NCBI RefSeq assembly: GCF_006345805.1
Contig: NC_043002.1
Coordinates: 18,042,001 to 18,106,000, forward strand
Direction of reading: 5' to 3'
DNA from: Octopus sinensis
Lineage: Eukaryota
Length of the DNA: 64,000 nucleotides
Below are positions 62,346-64,000 of this stretch, piece after piece. The translations under genes were made by a program, and so were the position numbers. Position 1 is the stretch's first letter; every line of letters starts with the position of its first letter. A model generated the notes under the pieces. That model was not told where the DNA came from. It did no database searches and was given only the letters and a program-made list of their open reading frames with translations.

Positions 62346-62659
62346 GGTATCGATCAACAGATGCTAATCCCAATGTGATATAAATTGTTCGAAATATGAG
62401 ATCTTCTGTTTTCTGGAAGGCCATCAAGAAGGCTACAGAGGCTGAAGAAGTGTCCAGGAAAGGAAACAATATACGGCAAAAGTGATCTAAAAGGTCCGAT
62501 TCCAAACAGATCAAGGTAAAACTGGTACATTTAGAAGTCATGCAAAAGATACTGAGTACAGCAGTAAAAACTGAGACAACATGGTAATAACTACAAATAT
62601 GATTTTGGGTGATGAGATTGTAGCGGGTTCCTGCTGAGATTTGAGAACTATGGTCTACC
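62346..62659 (-). CDS. Weak candidate exon, hydrophobic, ending in ASVDRY
   Basis: 104 open codons in unique sequence with TAGCAG acceptor and C|GTAAT donor; no confident homology. Confidence 0.25.
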
Positions 62660-63924
62660 CTGCTACTATAAAACACAATGCCAGTTTGAAGCAAACTGTC
62701 CCCATAAAAGACATTAACACCTAATCCAACAAGGCTCCGTCAATCAGATAGGCTCACTTGTAACCAAGTGAACAGAAATCCTCTCGCCATATAGTTTGGT
62801 CGAATTTTCTAGAAATCTCTTATCTCGTTATAAAAGTTGGAATTTTTAGTTTCTACTCAGAATAACCTCAGCAGTTACACAGAACGAACTATGTTCGTCA
62901 GTTTCCTGATAAGATGTCCTTTCCGTTTTCTACTTGCTTTGTCGTTAATAAAGATGAACATTTTCCATACAATCACAAAAATATTTTATACAATCAAGAC
63001 TAGTAATTTCCACGTTCGCTGTCTCTTGTATCATGTATGCAAATACCTGGTGCACAAATATAAATACAAATTTTTTGTATGATAAAATAACATGAAAACC
63101 TATATACATATTCGCTTTCACACGAAGCTTACTTAATAATGTGTTTTACCAACGAAGATTAAGTGCTTAAGACACACACTAAAAGACAGAAAAGTATTAT
63201 GCGCTGCGGGAAATCAAATCCCACCCCACCATGCCAAGAAATACTGTAACACATACTGATGTATAAAAAGAAAAAGACAAATGTTTACAAAATATGTGAA
63301 TTGCTGAAATGTTAACCGTATGTGTTCTGAAATAAGAAGAGCATGGATCATATTAATGGGTGTTTTAGATTTACGAAATATTCTTCTTCAACTATTCCCT
63401 ACAAATTTTCAGCTCATAATGGAAAATAAAATTATAGTAGCATCACTTAAATGTGTTCCACCATAATTGCATAATTAAAATTGAAATTGGTTTATTCCTT
63501 TAAAGATGAATTTTTTCTTAAATTCCTTATGCCTTTATAACGATGGAATATATAAAGAAGCAATGCTCTACTATACTCAATAAATTCAATTTCTTTAGAT
63601 TAAGTAATAACTGTGGTGGTTAAAGATAGCGTTAAAAATAAGAAGCAATTTGTAAAGGACAGTCCTTGTGTCAGAATCGATAAAATATTAGATTATATCG
63701 AGATATATGAACATTTCATTTATAATTATGGTGAAAAGGAAACATAATATTGAATTGTTCTCTTTCCACTACTTAATATCTATACAGCCCATAAATTTCA
63801 CTCCTTCTTGTTGGTTTTAGATTTTAAGGAGTTAGAAGGAATTTTCATTAAATATAGGTTTCTCAAACTTTTCTTTTAGCTATCAAGCACTTTTACGAAC
63901 TCCCATACAACGGAGCCTTCGTAA

Positions 63925-64000
63925 GTGTCTTCTACTATAGCCTCGGGCTGGCCACAGCCTTGTGAGTGGATTTGGTAGACGGAAACTGAAAGAAGCCTGT
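63925..64000 (+). mobile_element. Start of another ~500-bp SINE copy (cut by window end)
   Basis: AAGTGTCTTCTACTATAGCCTCGGGC..GGTAGACGGAAACTGAAAGAAGCC. Confidence 0.85.

Noticed and set aside
62320-62694. GPCR call from the DRY motif
   Set aside because: No TM3 cysteine 25 residues upstream and several charged residues in the would-be TM3; kept only as a weak exon candidate.

Overview
Eukaryotic, very AT-rich, microsatellite-saturated and mostly non-coding DNA. The repeat families look like those of octopus (inference from recognising the repeats; not verified). No intact prokaryote-style gene, rRNA, true tRNA or CRISPR array is present, and most ORFs in the supplied track are translations of microsatellites. 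Supportable content: (i) about 20 tRNA-derived SINE copies from several families; (ii) decayed retroelements: a Penelope-like GIY-YIG relic, five R4/Dong fragments (four sitting in (TAA)n tracts), Tx1/L1-like 3' ends at (GATA)n plus an ORF1 relic, and an RTE 3' end; (iii) DNA transposon relics: a near full-length IR/DR Tc1 (DD34E), a maT-like element, two mariners, a non-autonomous Helitron, a MITE-like foldback and a CXC/C2H2 transposase-like relic; (iv) one plausible host exon on the minus strand (21239-21599) and a few weaker exon candidates. The most interesting signal is a family of minimal Penelope-type hammerhead ribozyme motifs (six copies; consensus GACAC-CTGATGA-A-GGCTG..CAGCC-GAAA-CG-TT-GTGTT). 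At 43.87-44.13 kb this motif is fused behind a tRNA-like Pol III head, giving a candidate ribozyme-bearing SINE that shares its tail with the Penelope relic. A second candidate is a ~555-bp non-tRNA element with Dong-like polarity in (TAA)n tracts. Coordinates were read by eye, and the ends of decayed repeats are approximate. Frequent single-base indels suggest long-read consensus error, so some frameshifts may be artefacts.
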